Shown here: positions 19,254-29,858 of the stretch, in pieces
Layout of the letters: each line of letters opens with the position of its first letter
How positions within the stretch are numbered: position 1 is the stretch's first letter
The notes under the pieces: model-generated
Database searches by the model: none
What the model was told of the DNA's origin: nothing
The model's input: only the letters and a program-made list of their open reading frames with translations
From: Clostridia bacterium
GTDB lineage: Bacteria; Bacillota; Clostridia; Christensenellales; UBA1242
Length of the DNA: 57,306 nt
Assembly: GCA_009929275.1 (NCBI GenBank)
Contig: SAAW01000004.1
Coordinates: 1 to 57,306 of the forward strand
Direction: 5' to 3'
Program-made: the position numbers and the translations under genes

Positions 19254-21338
19254 GTGAAAGAAAATATTTTTAAAACGACTGTAGGTGGTCGTGAACTCAC
19301 TGTGAAGACAGGAAAATACAGTGAACAGGCAAATGGCACTTGTTGGGTGCAATATGGAGAGACTATTGTCCAGTGCAGTGTGACTATGGCACAGAGCCCA
19401 AGAGACGGGATAGATTTCTTCCCTCTGGGCGTGGATTTTGAAGAAAAGATGTATTCAGTTGGGAAAATTCCCGGCGGATTTAAAAAAAGAGAAGGGCGTC
19501 CAAGCGACAAAGCAATTTTGACATCAAGACTTATCGACAGACCGTTAAGGCCTCTTTTTCAAAAAGGTTTTTATAATGATGTGGCAGTTGTTTGCACAGC
19601 ACTTTCTGTTGACCCAGATTTTGCTCCAGAAGTGATTGCAATGGTTGCTTCAAGTATTGCAGTTTCAATTTCAGACATTCCTTTTGCAGGTCCAACAGGA
19701 AGTGTCATTGTGGGGAAGGTTGACGGAAAATATGTCATCAACCCAACACTTTCTGAAAAAGAAAAAAGCACAATGAGTGTTACAGTCGGCGGAACAAAAG
19801 ATGCCATTTTAATGGTGGAAGCAGGTGCAAATGAAGTCAGCGAACAAGAAATGCTCGACGCAATTATGTTTGGACACGAAGAGATTAAAAAATTGGTGGC
19901 TTTCCAAGAAGACATTGTCAAAAAGATTGGCAAAGAAAAAAGAACGGATTTGAAACTCTTTGTCCCAACCCCAGAGATTGACAAGGCTGTGCGTGCCTAT
20001 GCCGACAAAAAACTCTCTCACGCACTCGACACATTTGACAGACAAGAAAGACAACAAAGACAAGACGAATTAAACGCTGAAGTTTTGGAACATTTTGCTG
20101 AAAAATTCCCCGAAGAAGAGAAAATGGTTGCAGATGTTCTCTATCATATGACAAAAGAAAAAGTTAGAGATAAGATTTTGAACAAAAGTGTTCGACCAGA
20201 CGGCAGAAAACTTGATGAAATTCGCCCAATTTGGTGCGAAGTAGGGGTTCTTCCTCGTGTTCATGGCAGTGCTGTGTTCACTCGTGGACAAACTCAAGTT
20301 CTCAACTGTTGCACTTTAGGGACAATGTCGGAAGTTCAAAAACTGGAAGGGCTTGACGACGAAGAAGCAAAGAGATATGTTCATCACTACAATATGCCAC
20401 CATATGCAACTGGCGAAGCAAGACAACTCAAAACTCCAGGCAGGCGTGAGATTGGACACGGAGCACTTGCTGAAAGAGCACTTCTTCCTGTTATTCCAAA
20501 TGAAGATGAATTTCCATATGCACTAAGACTCGTCAGTGAAGTTTTGAGTTCAAACGGCTCGTCGTCTATGGCAAGCGTTTGCGGATCAACCCTTTCATTA
20601 ATGGACGCAGGTGTTAAGATTAAAGCACCTGTGGCAGGCATCGCAATGGGACTTATCAAAGACATAGATAGCAAGAAAGTTGCAGTTATGAGCGACATTC
20701 AAGGAATGGAAGATTTTCTAGGAGATATGGACTTTAAAGTTGCAGGCACTGAAAAAGGTATCACTGCCATTCAAATGGACATAAAAATTAAGGGCATTGA
20801 CAAAAATATTTTGACAACTGCTTTAAACCAAGCAAAAGAGGGCAGACATCACATTTTGAAGATTATGCTTGAAACAATAAAAGAGCCAAGAGAGGAACTT
20901 TCTAAATATGCGCCAAAGATAATTTCTTTTGACATCGACCCAGACAAGATTAGAGAAGTTATTGGCTCTGGCGGAAAAGTCATCAACAAGATAATTGAAG
21001 AAACTGGCGTGAAGATTGACATCGATGACAGCGGAAAAGTCTTCATCGCAACACCTGACGCAGAAAAAGCAAAAATGGCAAAAGACATCATTTTGAGCAT
21101 CGCAGAGGACGTCAAAGTGGGCAAAATCTACACTGGAAAAGTGGTGAGAATAATGCAATTTGGCGCTTTTGTGGAACTTGCTCCGGGCAAAGATGGAATG
21201 GTTCACATCTCCAAACTTTCAAAGGAAAGAGTGGAAAAAGTGACTGATGTTGTCAATATTGGCGACACTGTGAAAGTGGAAGTGATTAAAGTGGACGAAA
21301 AGGGCAGAGTTGACCTTAAACTTGTGGAAAAACTTTAA
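19254..21338 (+). CDS. pnp: polyribonucleotide nucleotidyltransferase (PNPase)
   Basis: GTG start after AGGAGA. Two RNase PH domains, KH motif (GSGGKVINKIIEETG) and S1 domain (GKVVRIMQFGAFVELAPGKDGMVHIS). Confidence 0.96.
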   Translation: MKENIFKTTVGGRELTVKTGKYSEQANGTCWVQYGETIVQCSVTMAQSPRDGIDFFPLGVDFEEKMYSVGKIPGGFKKREGRPSDKAILTSRLIDRPLRPLFQKGFYNDVAVVCTALSVDPDFAPEVIAMVASSIAVSISDIPFAGPTGSVIVGKVDGKYVINPTLSEKEKSTMSVTVGGTKDAILMVEAGANEVSEQEMLDAIMFGHEEIKKLVAFQEDIVKKIGKEKRTDLKLFVPTPEIDKAVRAYADKKLSHALDTFDRQERQQRQDELNAEVLEHFAEKFPEEEKMVADVLYHMTKEKVRDKILNKSVRPDGRKLDEIRPIWCEVGVLPRVHGSAVFTRGQTQVLNCCTLGTMSEVQKLEGLDDEEAKRYVHHYNMPPYATGEARQLKTPGRREIGHGALAERALLPVIPNEDEFPYALRLVSEVLSSNGSSSMASVCGSTLSLMDAGVKIKAPVAGIAMGLIKDIDSKKVAVMSDIQGMEDFLGDMDFKVAGTEKGITAIQMDIKIKGIDKNILTTALNQAKEGRHHILKIMLETIKEPREELSKYAPKIISFDIDPDKIREVIGSGGKVINKIIEETGVKIDIDDSGKVFIATPDAEKAKMAKDIILSIAEDVKVGKIYTGKVVRIMQFGAFVELAPGKDGMVHISKLSKERVEKVTDVVNIGDTVKVEVIKVDEKGRVDLKLVEKL

Positions 21339-21351
21339 AATTAAAATTCAA

Positions 21352-21378
21352 AAAGAGGTGATTAGTCATCTCTTTTTT
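21352..21378 (+). terminator. intrinsic terminator after pnp
   Basis: Stem AGAGGTGA / TCATCTCT (one G-U pair), loop TTAG, T6. Confidence 0.75.
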
Positions 21379-21426
21379 ATTTGTGAAAAAAAGTCTTATT
21401 TATCAATTTTTTGCATATGATTAAGT

Positions 21427-22158
21427 ATGAAAACTTTTGGATTTTGTGTCCATAATGAAAAAAAATTTGTGAATTTTACTTGCAATCTCATTTTGATTGT
21501 CACTGCTTTTTGCGTGATGAGTCTGTCTTTTTTTGCACCCATTGTGACAGAGGCTTTTTCAACTGCGACGGCGCCATATCATTATGGAGATAAAAGTTCA
21601 AACAAGGTGAGTTTGATGATAAATGTCTATTGGGGCACGGAATATTTGGACGAAATGCTTGAAGTTTTAAAAGTTAACGACGTTAAAACAACTTTTTTTG
21701 TGGGTGGCTATTGGGTTGCGAAAAACAATGAAATGTTAAGAAAAATCGTCCTAGACGGACACGAGATTGGCAATCACGGCTATCATCATAAAGACCAAGC
21801 CACAATCTCAACACAGCAAAATATCGACGAGATTTATATGACACAAGAACTTGTCAAAAGTGTGGCAGACGTCGAAATGGATTTGTTTGCTCCGCCGTCG
21901 GGCAGTTATAATAACAAGGTGCTTTCAGTGGCAGAAAGTTTGGGTTATAAGACAATTATGTGGACGCATGACACGATTGATTGGCGAGATAAAGACAGCG
22001 AATTGATTTTTCAGCGTGCAACAAAAAACACTGTGGGGGGAGATTTAATTTTAATGCACCCAACCCAAAAAACAGCAGAGGCACTGCAAGAAATCATCAC
22101 CACTTTAAAAGAAAAAGGGCTCGTGCTCACGACTGTGACGGACGCCCTTGGGGGATAG
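21427..22158 (+). CDS. NodB-homology polysaccharide deacetylase (YlxY/PdaB-like)
   Basis: N-terminal TM. INVYWGTEYLDEML...TTFFVGGYW...GHEIGNHGYHH. The position after pnp matches Bacillus pnpA-ylxY-mlpA synteny. Confidence 0.8.
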   Translation: MKTFGFCVHNEKKFVNFTCNLILIVTAFCVMSLSFFAPIVTEAFSTATAPYHYGDKSSNKVSLMINVYWGTEYLDEMLEVLKVNDVKTTFFVGGYWVAKNNEMLRKIVLDGHEIGNHGYHHKDQATISTQQNIDEIYMTQELVKSVADVEMDLFAPPSGSYNNKVLSVAESLGYKTIMWTHDTIDWRDKDSELIFQRATKNTVGGDLILMHPTQKTAEALQEIITTLKEKGLVLTTVTDALGG

Positions 22159-22317
22159 CAAAAAATTTGACACAGTTTCAATTAAAATTGGCAATAATTA
22201 GAGATGATTTGTTTTAATTTCGAAAAGCAAAAATATTTTGGTAAATTCAAAAAAGAATATAAAAACAATTTTTGAAAACGGCTTTATTTGATATAATTAT
22301 TTTAATTGAGGTGACAA

Positions 22318-23583
22318 GTGAAAGAATATTGCAAAACGTATGAAAGTGGGCTTAGGTTGGTGTTTCAAAAACTTTCTAAAAACAGACCAGCATCGCTGAT
22401 GATTGCCGTGGACGCAGGAAGTAAGGACGAAAGTGACAGCCAAAGTGGCATCTCGCATTTTGTGGAACATTTGAATTTTAAGGGCACAGACAAACTTTCG
22501 GCGAAAGACATTATGGTTGTTTTGGAAAACAATGGCATTGATGTCAATGCCGTGACAAGCAAACTTTACACTCAGTTTTTTGGAACAACTTTGCCAGAAA
22601 AAATTGAGACAGCATTCGACATTTTGTCGCAGATTGTCTTTGAGTCAAACTATAAGCAAGCGGACATTAACAAAGAGAGGAAGGTTGTTTTCAGAGAGAT
22701 TGAAATGCACGAAGACTCTCCTGAAAGTGTGTTGTATGAAAGATTCTGCAAGGATTTTTATGCTGGCACTCCTTATGAAAGTTCTGTCCTTGGCTCTAAA
22801 AAAACTTTAATGAAAATCAACAACAAAGAGATTGTTTCTTATGTGAAAACGCACTATGTTGCAAACAAGATTGTCGTTTCTGTGAGCGGGTGTTTTAGAA
22901 AAAGTTATGTGAAAAAACTGATAAAAAAATATATTTCTAATAGATTTAAAGACAAGAGTGAGGTGGAGAAAAAGCAAGAGGGAAATATCATTATCCCTAA
23001 AAAAGTGTTTTCTTTTATCAAAAAAGATGTCAAACAAACTCAAATTATTTTGGGATTTCCGACTCCAAATATATTTGATAAAAATGTTAAAGCAAATTTT
23101 ATCTATTCTTTAATTTTTGGCGGGGCGGCGAGTTCCAGACTGTTTCAAAAAGTGAGAGAGGAAAAAGCGCTCGTGTATAGCATTAACTGCTCAAATGACC
23201 GTAATATATTTGGGGGTGTAAACACAATCTCTTTTGGGACGACTGAAAATAACGCTAAAATTGCCCTTGCTCTTATCAAAAAAGAAATAGATAAATTTGT
23301 GGCAAAAGGCGTTACGGACGAAGAACTTGAAATGGCGAAAATACTGTCAAAAAGTCTCATTGTTTCTGCAAATGAAGAGGGTGCAACCGTCACCAGAAGA
23401 AACGCCACAAATATGCTCAGTTTTAATAAAATTTTGACTATGGACAGCACTATTCGTGAGATTGAAAGTCTTACAAAAGAAAATGTCAATGAAGTCCTCA
23501 AAGACGGCTTTGACTATTCACATATGGTGGGGACTGTGGTGACCAAAAATATCGACAAAACATTGTTTGATATTTTTAAGTAG
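22318..23583 (+). CDS. M16-family zinc peptidase (MlpA/YmxG-like)
   Basis: GTG start after GAGGTGA. HxxEH zinc motif HFVEH. 421 aa. Confidence 0.85.
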   Translation: MKEYCKTYESGLRLVFQKLSKNRPASLMIAVDAGSKDESDSQSGISHFVEHLNFKGTDKLSAKDIMVVLENNGIDVNAVTSKLYTQFFGTTLPEKIETAFDILSQIVFESNYKQADINKERKVVFREIEMHEDSPESVLYERFCKDFYAGTPYESSVLGSKKTLMKINNKEIVSYVKTHYVANKIVVSVSGCFRKSYVKKLIKKYISNRFKDKSEVEKKQEGNIIIPKKVFSFIKKDVKQTQIILGFPTPNIFDKNVKANFIYSLIFGGAASSRLFQKVREEKALVYSINCSNDRNIFGGVNTISFGTTENNAKIALALIKKEIDKFVAKGVTDEELEMAKILSKSLIVSANEEGATVTRRNATNMLSFNKILTMDSTIREIESLTKENVNEVLKDGFDYSHMVGTVVTKNIDKTLFDIFK

Positions 23584-23624
23584 TTTCTTTAATAGATTTT
23601 TGTTTGAAAATTTTTATAACGATT

Positions 23625-23652
23625 TTGACTTGCTTAAAAGATGTGTTATAAT
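23625..23652 (+). promoter_or_regulatory. sigma-A-type promoter of ftsK
   Basis: TTGACT (23625-23630), 16-nt spacer, TGtTATAAT (TATAAT at 23647-23652). Confidence 0.55.
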
Positions 23653-23699
23653 TCTAAATAAATTTGTTCTAAAATAATTTTGAGAGGTTAACTTTTAAG

Positions 23700-26561
23700 A
23701 TGGAAGAGGAAAGAAAAAGCGGGATTTCTGTCAGCACAAAAAGACAAATGGGAATAACAATGATTGTCATTTCTTGTGTTTTGCTTGTGTTTTCGATTTT
23801 TAACATTTTAAGTGATGTAAGGGCTTTTCTTCTAGGTGTTTTCGGGCTTATGATTTTTCCTATTCTTCTTTTTTCGCTCTTTTTTGGAGTCGCTTTGACT
23901 TTGGGGAAAAGATTTGTCTATACATTTAGATATACGATTTATATAATGCTTGTTTTTTTCTTCTTTGTGTGTGTTTTGCACATCATTTTCACTGGATTTG
24001 GCTCGAGGGAACTCTCCTATGGCGAATATCTTCTCTCGTGCTATCATTCGCTCTACACTCCCGGCGGGTTGTTTGTTGGACTTTTCACTTTTCCGCTTAT
24101 GAGCCTTTTGCACGATATGGCGGGTGTGATTATATATGCCATTGCATTTGTCATTGCTCTCTATTTTGTGTTTTCCTATTTAGATATGCTTAAACAAAAA
24201 AGAACGCAGAAAGTGCCATACAAAAAATATGAAAATTTTGTGGACGAGGAACTTCAATTTTTCCCTAAAAAAGAAATTGTGACAGAAAAAGTGGAGCAAG
24301 AAACACAAATTCCAAAAATAAACACTGCAGAAGACGACATATTTATTAAAGACACCGCTGAAAAAAGTAAGGAAGTTGATGTTGCAAAGAAAAAACTGGG
24401 GCTTTCAAAAGAGCAAGATGTCGAAAATTTTGAAGAGGAAGAAAAGTCAACTCCAAAAAGCAGGCTCTTTGGAAATAAAGTTGATGATAATAATGAAAAT
24501 TGGAGCAACAGGGCAGTGTCCTCCAATAGACCTCAAAAGTTTGTCTATGACGACCAAAAGATTGACAAAAAACCAAACCCTATCATAGACGAAAATAGAA
24601 AATATATGAATATCATTCAAGACAAAAACAATGTGAATGAAAACCCAATTATAAATGCTGAAAATTATGATGATTATAAAGAAAAAATGAAGTTGTTTGA
24701 ACAAAAGCACTTGCACGCGGTGAGCCGTTTCGACGAGCCTTCATTAAACAAAATTAGCGAGCCAGACGATGAAATCAGTGACACAAATTCCTTTGGGATT
24801 GAGCCTGAGAAAGATTTTATTGCCGACGAATTTGACATTGAAGATGACTTTATTAAGCCAAACGAAAATGTGAGAAAAATGAGCCCGCTCAACCCTGTGA
24901 ATTTTTCTGTGAATGACAAAACAGATGATGAAGACGAAAATGCAAGCGAAAGATTTGTTAAAGAAAAAGATTTTAATGACGAAAATTTTGAAGACAGTGA
25001 CATTTTGAGCGCTAAAAATATGTCGCAGAGAAAGTTTAACTACGATGTTTTGGGCGGTGGGAGCGAAAAACAAAAAGTTGAAGAGCCAGATTTTAGATAT
25101 GACTCAAACTATATTTCGCCGTCTTTTGAACTTTTGAAAACATATAAAAATGAAGAAGATTTTGAAACTGACCATGCTAAAAACATTGAAGCACTCGAAA
25201 AAGTTCTTGAAGAATTTAGAATCCCTGCCAAAGTGGAAAATGTCTGCCGTGGGGCAGCCGTGACGAGATATGAGATGCATATGCCAGTGGGAATTCCTGT
25301 GAAGAAAATTCAGATGCACTCTTCGGACATTGCCCTTGCCCTTGCTGCAAAAAGTGACATTCGAATTGAAGCCCCAATCAAAGGCAAAAGTGCCGTTGGG
25401 ATTGAAGTGCCAAACAATAAAGTGGATATCGTGGGTCTTAAAGATATTATTCGCAGTGATAAATTTATGGAAGCAAAGTCGCCACTCACTTTCGCTCTTG
25501 GCAAAGACGTGGACGGCACTGTCTATTGTTGTAATCTGGCGAAAATGCCTCATTTGCTGGTGGCAGGTTCGACTGGCAGTGGCAAAAGCGTCTGCTTGAA
25601 TGCCCTCATTTTGAGTTTGATTTTTAGGACTAGCCCCGAAGATTTAAGGCTAATTTTAGTCGACCCAAAGAGAGTGGAATTTGCAGTGTATAACAATCTC
25701 CCTCATCTTTTGATGCCAAAAGTAATCACAGAGCCTAAAAAGGCACTCAATGCTTTTGACTGGCTCATAAACGAGATGGAAAGGCGATTTATGGTGTTTC
25801 AAGCGTGTTTTGTTAAGAGTATAAACGAATATAATATGCAAAGCGATGTGTTGAATAAAAGAAAGCCAAAATTGCCATATATCGTGCTTATTGTCGATGA
25901 ACTTGCCGACCTTGTCATCACGACAAACAAAAAAGATTTGGAAGAAAAAATTATTCGTTTGACTCAAAAGGCACGTGCCGCTGGAATTCATATCATTCTT
26001 GCCACTCAAAGACCCACTGTGGACGTCATTACGGGGAGCATTAAGATTAATTTGCCGACAAGAATCGCGTTTGCTGTGACTAATTTTATGGACTCAAAGA
26101 CCATTCTTGACCAAGGTGGTGCGGAGAAACTTTTGGGACGTGGCGATATGCTTTATGCTCCAAGTGACGGAGAACCTGTCAGGGTGCAAGGCGCTTTTGT
26201 GGATACCCCAGAGGTGAGAGCAGTCGTTGATTTCATTAAAGAAAATAATAGTTTAAGTTATGACGATAATGTTGAAAAAAATATTAACAGCGAAAACGGT
26301 GCTAAAAATTTTGACGGTTCATATGGTGGCAATCTTCAAACTGCCGACTCGATTATGTCCGACGCATTAAAGCATGTGATTGAAGTTGGGCAAGCGTCCA
26401 CATCAATGCTTCAAAGACGATTTGGACTCGGATTTCAACGCGCGGCAAAAATAATCGACCAAATGGAGCGTGCAGGATTTATTTCAAGTTCAGACGGCAG
26501 TAAACCTCGTGCAGTTTATATGACAATGGAAGATTATAACAAATATTACGGATTAAAATAG
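23700..26561 (+). CDS. ftsK: DNA translocase FtsK/SpoIIIE
   Basis: Four or five N-terminal TMs, a ~300-aa acidic/K-rich linker, Walker A GSTGSGKS, Walker B IVLIVDELADL, and a gamma winged helix (MLQRRFGLGFQRAAKIIDQMERAGFIS). Confidence 0.93.
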   Translation: MEEERKSGISVSTKRQMGITMIVISCVLLVFSIFNILSDVRAFLLGVFGLMIFPILLFSLFFGVALTLGKRFVYTFRYTIYIMLVFFFFVCVLHIIFTGFGSRELSYGEYLLSCYHSLYTPGGLFVGLFTFPLMSLLHDMAGVIIYAIAFVIALYFVFSYLDMLKQKRTQKVPYKKYENFVDEELQFFPKKEIVTEKVEQETQIPKINTAEDDIFIKDTAEKSKEVDVAKKKLGLSKEQDVENFEEEEKSTPKSRLFGNKVDDNNENWSNRAVSSNRPQKFVYDDQKIDKKPNPIIDENRKYMNIIQDKNNVNENPIINAENYDDYKEKMKLFEQKHLHAVSRFDEPSLNKISEPDDEISDTNSFGIEPEKDFIADEFDIEDDFIKPNENVRKMSPLNPVNFSVNDKTDDEDENASERFVKEKDFNDENFEDSDILSAKNMSQRKFNYDVLGGGSEKQKVEEPDFRYDSNYISPSFELLKTYKNEEDFETDHAKNIEALEKVLEEFRIPAKVENVCRGAAVTRYEMHMPVGIPVKKIQMHSSDIALALAAKSDIRIEAPIKGKSAVGIEVPNNKVDIVGLKDIIRSDKFMEAKSPLTFALGKDVDGTVYCCNLAKMPHLLVAGSTGSGKSVCLNALILSLIFRTSPEDLRLILVDPKRVEFAVYNNLPHLLMPKVITEPKKALNAFDWLINEMERRFMVFQACFVKSINEYNMQSDVLNKRKPKLPYIVLIVDELADLVITTNKKDLEEKIIRLTQKARAAGIHIILATQRPTVDVITGSIKINLPTRIAFAVTNFMDSKTILDQGGAEKLLGRGDMLYAPSDGEPVRVQGAFVDTPEVRAVVDFIKENNSLSYDDNVEKNINSENGAKNFDGSYGGNLQTADSIMSDALKHVIEVGQASTSMLQRRFGLGFQRAAKIIDQMERAGFISSSDGSKPRAVYMTMEDYNKYYGLK

Positions 26562-26568
26562 GTGTGCG

Positions 26569-27906
26569 ATGACAAAAGAAAAATTTCACAAAAAAATTGG
26601 ATTTATATCTCTCGGTTGCGATAAAAACAGAGTTGATTTGGAAAAAATGATTACAATTTTGTCGGCGTATGAAGAGTTTGAGTTCGTGGGCGACAAAAAC
26701 ATTGCAGATGTTATCATTGTGAACACCTGTGCTTTTTTAATCTCGGCAAGAGATGAAGCGCAAAAGATTATCCTTGAAATGGCTAAATTAAAACAATCTT
26801 CAAATTTGCAAAAACTCGTCGTCACCGGTTGTTTAGGTTTTCTTGAAGGTGAAAAACTAAGGGAAAGAATGTCAGACATCGACGCCGTTGTTTTAGAGAA
26901 AGATTATAACAAGATTGACGACATTATTTTTGGACTTTATGGGCAAGAATTTTTTAGGATTAATGAGGACATTGCGAGAAAACTGACGACTCCGCACCAC
27001 TTTGCCTATCTTAAAATTGCCGACGGGTGCAACAACAGGTGTGCTTACTGCAAAATTCCATTTATTCGTGGGAACTACAAGTCTTTGCCAATGAATGAAC
27101 TTGTGCAAGAGGCGAGTCTTCTGTGCGAAAAGGGAGTGAAAGAAATCATTCTCGTTGCACAAGATGTGACGCGTTATGGTTGTGATAAAAACGGAAAAGA
27201 AAACTTAGTGAAACTTCTTAAAGAACTGGAAAAAATCAAAAAATTAAGTTGGATAAGACTGCTCTATTGCTATCCTGACTCTGTGAGCGACGAACTCATA
27301 AAAGAGATTAAAGACAGTGCAAAAGTTATCAACTATATCGACATTCCTTTTCAGCATGTGAGCGACAACGTCCTTAAAAATATGCGCAGGCGAGAAACAA
27401 AAAAAGATATAATCACACTCATCACAAAACTTAGAAATGAGATGGACGACATCAAAATTCGTTCCACTTTTATGGTGGGATTCCCTGGTGAAACTGAAAA
27501 GGACTTCAAAGAGTTGTGCGAATTTTTGAAAGAGTATAAACTGGATAATGTAGGGTTTTTCAAATATTCAAGGGAAGAAGGGACCGCTTCTTTTGATATG
27601 AAAAATCAAATTAGCGAGAAAATCAAAGACAAGCGACTTAAAATTGTTCAAAGTGTGCAAGAAAAGATTGCGATAGAAAATAACCTCTCACTTGTGGGGC
27701 AGACTTTTAAAGTTTTGTGCGACAGTTATGACTCTAAACATAACTTTTATGTGGGAAGAAGCTACTTTTGTGCACCAGACATTGATTTTGAAATCCTCTT
27801 TACTTCCAAAAGGGAAATTACGATAGGTTCTTTTGTGGACGTGGAAATTGTCGACTATGACAAAGGATATTTCATCGGTAAAACGGAAAAATTTGCAACA
27901 TATTAA
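26569..27906 (+). CDS. rimO: ribosomal protein S12 methylthiotransferase RimO
   Basis: KIGFISLGCDKNRVDLE N-terminus, radical-SAM CNNRCAYCKIP, C-terminal TRAM domain. Confidence 0.85.
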   Translation: MTKEKFHKKIGFISLGCDKNRVDLEKMITILSAYEEFEFVGDKNIADVIIVNTCAFLISARDEAQKIILEMAKLKQSSNLQKLVVTGCLGFLEGEKLRERMSDIDAVVLEKDYNKIDDIIFGLYGQEFFRINEDIARKLTTPHHFAYLKIADGCNNRCAYCKIPFIRGNYKSLPMNELVQEASLLCEKGVKEIILVAQDVTRYGCDKNGKENLVKLLKELEKIKKLSWIRLLYCYPDSVSDELIKEIKDSAKVINYIDIPFQHVSDNVLKNMRRRETKKDIITLITKLRNEMDDIKIRSTFMVGFPGETEKDFKELCEFLKEYKLDNVGFFKYSREEGTASFDMKNQISEKIKDKRLKIVQSVQEKIAIENNLSLVGQTFKVLCDSYDSKHNFYVGRSYFCAPDIDFEILFTSKREITIGSFVDVEIVDYDKGYFIGKTEKFATY

Positions 27907-27918
27907 AAGGAAAACATT

Positions 27919-28506
27919 ATGAATTTACCAAACAAAATTACAATTTCAAGGATTATTCTTATTCCATTTGTCATCTTTTTTTATCTTTCGTCCAGTTTTA
28001 TTTTTGCAGGGAAATTGATTGCAGGTTTGCTTTTTGTTGTCGGTATTTTAACTGATTATTTAGACGGGCATCTTGCACGGAAAAACAATCAAATCACACT
28101 CCTTGGAACTTTTCTCGACTCTATTGCCGACAAAATGTTTGTGATTGCGGGGCTTGTGCTTATTGTCGTTGACGGCACTATTGCAAATCCATTTGGAGTT
28201 ATCGCCCTTGTCATTGTCATTTCAAGGGAACTTATTGTCAGTGCTTTAAGGCAACTAGGGGCAGGCAAAAATGTCATAATTTCAGCCGATATGTGGGGAA
28301 AAGTGAAAGCAACCGTGCAATTCTTTGCAATATTTTTGTTTATGATTTTTAGTTTTTTCATTGATAATCCAGCCATTCTTGGCACGACATTAAACACAAT
28401 TTTTTCAGTTGTTTGTTACTTGTCACTCTTTGTGACTGTCGTTTGCACAGTTCTATCAGGAGTGCATTATCTTTTAAAATATAAAGAAGTTTTTAAGGAA
28501 AATTAA
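27919..28506 (+). CDS. pgsA: CDP-diacylglycerol--glycerol-3-phosphate 3-phosphatidyltransferase
   Basis: CDP-alcohol phosphatidyltransferase motif DYLDGHLAR...GTFLDSIADK. Multi-TM. Confidence 0.9.
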   Translation: MNLPNKITISRIILIPFVIFFYLSSSFIFAGKLIAGLLFVVGILTDYLDGHLARKNNQITLLGTFLDSIADKMFVIAGLVLIVVDGTIANPFGVIALVIVISRELIVSALRQLGAGKNVIISADMWGKVKATVQFFAIFLFMIFSFFIDNPAILGTTLNTIFSVVCYLSLFVTVVCTVLSGVHYLLKYKEVFKEN

Positions 28507-29735
28507 TGAAGATTTCAATTATTGCCGTTTCAAACAGTGAGATTGTTTCAAATGAGAAAAATGACACTGTCAGTTTAATTTCTTCTTCTTTGCACAAAAA
28601 TGGGCAGGAAGTCGTTTGTAACCAAATGGTGAGTGCAAATAGTGGTGTTGTCAATTCAATGCTTGTTTCTTTTATGGAGAAAAGCGATTGCGTTCTTCTT
28701 TTGTGTGAAAACGAGTTTGAAAAAATTTATATGTGCAAAAAATTGCTTTGCGACCTGCTTGAATGTAAGATGATAAACAGCACTTTTGCGAAGTTTAACA
28801 TTGACGAATATTCAAAATCTCAGAATATTCCGCTCAAAAAAGAAGACGGTGCTTATGCACAAATGCCTGAAAGTGCAAGGACAATTAAAAACCCATTCAG
28901 CCCTTTTCAGGGTTGCTTGTGCGAAAAGAACGGCAAGGCTATTTTTTTGCTTCCTTTGAGGCACGATGAACTTTATCAAATGTTTTTTTCCTCTGTTTTG
29001 CCATACATTTTGAAGTCTGTGGGAAACGAGTCTTCCACTTTTGTGATGAAAACTTTTGGACTTAAAAGTGGCGAAATGCAACTTCTTCTTAAAGATTTTA
29101 TCAAAAACAAATTAAGCATTGAAGTAGTTTGTGGTGAATATTTGCTCTCGGGTGAGATTATCATAAGAATTCCAAAATCAACGCGCAAAGACTATGCCGA
29201 CAACTTTGTTAAGAGTGTGTTTGAAAAGATTTTGCCATATGTCTATGCCGAAAAAGATGAGTCGATGCCTCAATACATTTTCTCTCTTTTGTCGCTTCAC
29301 AAAGAGAAGATTGCCTTTGCAGAAGATTTCACTGCGGGGAATATGAGTGCCACACTTTCTCAAACTTTGGAGGGGACAGAAAGCATTTTGCAGGAAAGTT
29401 ATGTTACAATCTCAAACGATTCAAAGATAAAAATTTTGGGTGTCGAAAAGGAAATCTTTAATCGTGCAACACTAGATTTTGGCGAGATTGCATATCAAAT
29501 GGCAATGGGAGTGCTTGAAAATTCGTCTGCCGATGTCGTGGTTGCAAATTGCGGAGATGTGACGGCTGGGAACTTAACTTTTGCCATCGGAAACAGGGAC
29601 GGACTTCATATTTTCACCAAAAAGGTGAGCGGAAACAGAAAACAAAAGATTATTATGGCGACAAATGCAATCTTTTTTGAACTCATAAAGAAATTGAAAC
29701 AAAACGACTTTTCATTTGGAAAAACTGTTTTGTGA
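28506..29735 (+). CDS. cinA: divergent CinA-like competence/damage-inducible protein
   Basis: 1-nt stop/start overlap with pgsA. Position is pgsA-cinA-recA as in Bacillus. C-terminal CinA/PncC-like block FAEDFTAGNMSATLSQ. The N-terminal domain is weakly conserved. Confidence 0.65.
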   Translation: MKISIIAVSNSEIVSNEKNDTVSLISSSLHKNGQEVVCNQMVSANSGVVNSMLVSFMEKSDCVLLLCENEFEKIYMCKKLLCDLLECKMINSTFAKFNIDEYSKSQNIPLKKEDGAYAQMPESARTIKNPFSPFQGCLCEKNGKAIFLLPLRHDELYQMFFSSVLPYILKSVGNESSTFVMKTFGLKSGEMQLLLKDFIKNKLSIEVVCGEYLLSGEIIIRIPKSTRKDYADNFVKSVFEKILPYVYAEKDESMPQYIFSLLSLHKEKIAFAEDFTAGNMSATLSQTLEGTESILQESYVTISNDSKIKILGVEKEIFNRATLDFGEIAYQMAMGVLENSSADVVVANCGDVTAGNLTFAIGNRDGLHIFTKKVSGNRKQKIIMATNAIFFELIKKLKQNDFSFGKTVL

Positions 29736-29749
29736 AAATGTTTGAATGT

Positions 29750-29763
29750 AGAACAAAAGTTTG
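29750..29763 (+). promoter_or_regulatory. LexA (Cheo/SOS) box upstream of recA
   Basis: AGAACAAAAGTTTG compared with the Firmicute consensus CGAAC-N4-GTTCG (GAAC-N4-GTTT). It lies 31 nt upstream of the recA -35. Confidence 0.6.
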
Positions 29764-29793
29764 ATAATTTTTTATAAAATTTGATTTTTTCTT

Positions 29794-29821
29794 TTGAGAA
29801 AATTTTTTATAATGCTATAAT
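29794..29821 (+). promoter_or_regulatory. recA promoter
   Basis: TTGAGA (29794-29799), 16-nt spacer, TGcTATAAT (TATAAT at 29816-29821). Confidence 0.55.
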
Positions 29822-29858
29822 CTAATTATAAAATTTGACGAATATAAAAGGAAAAATT

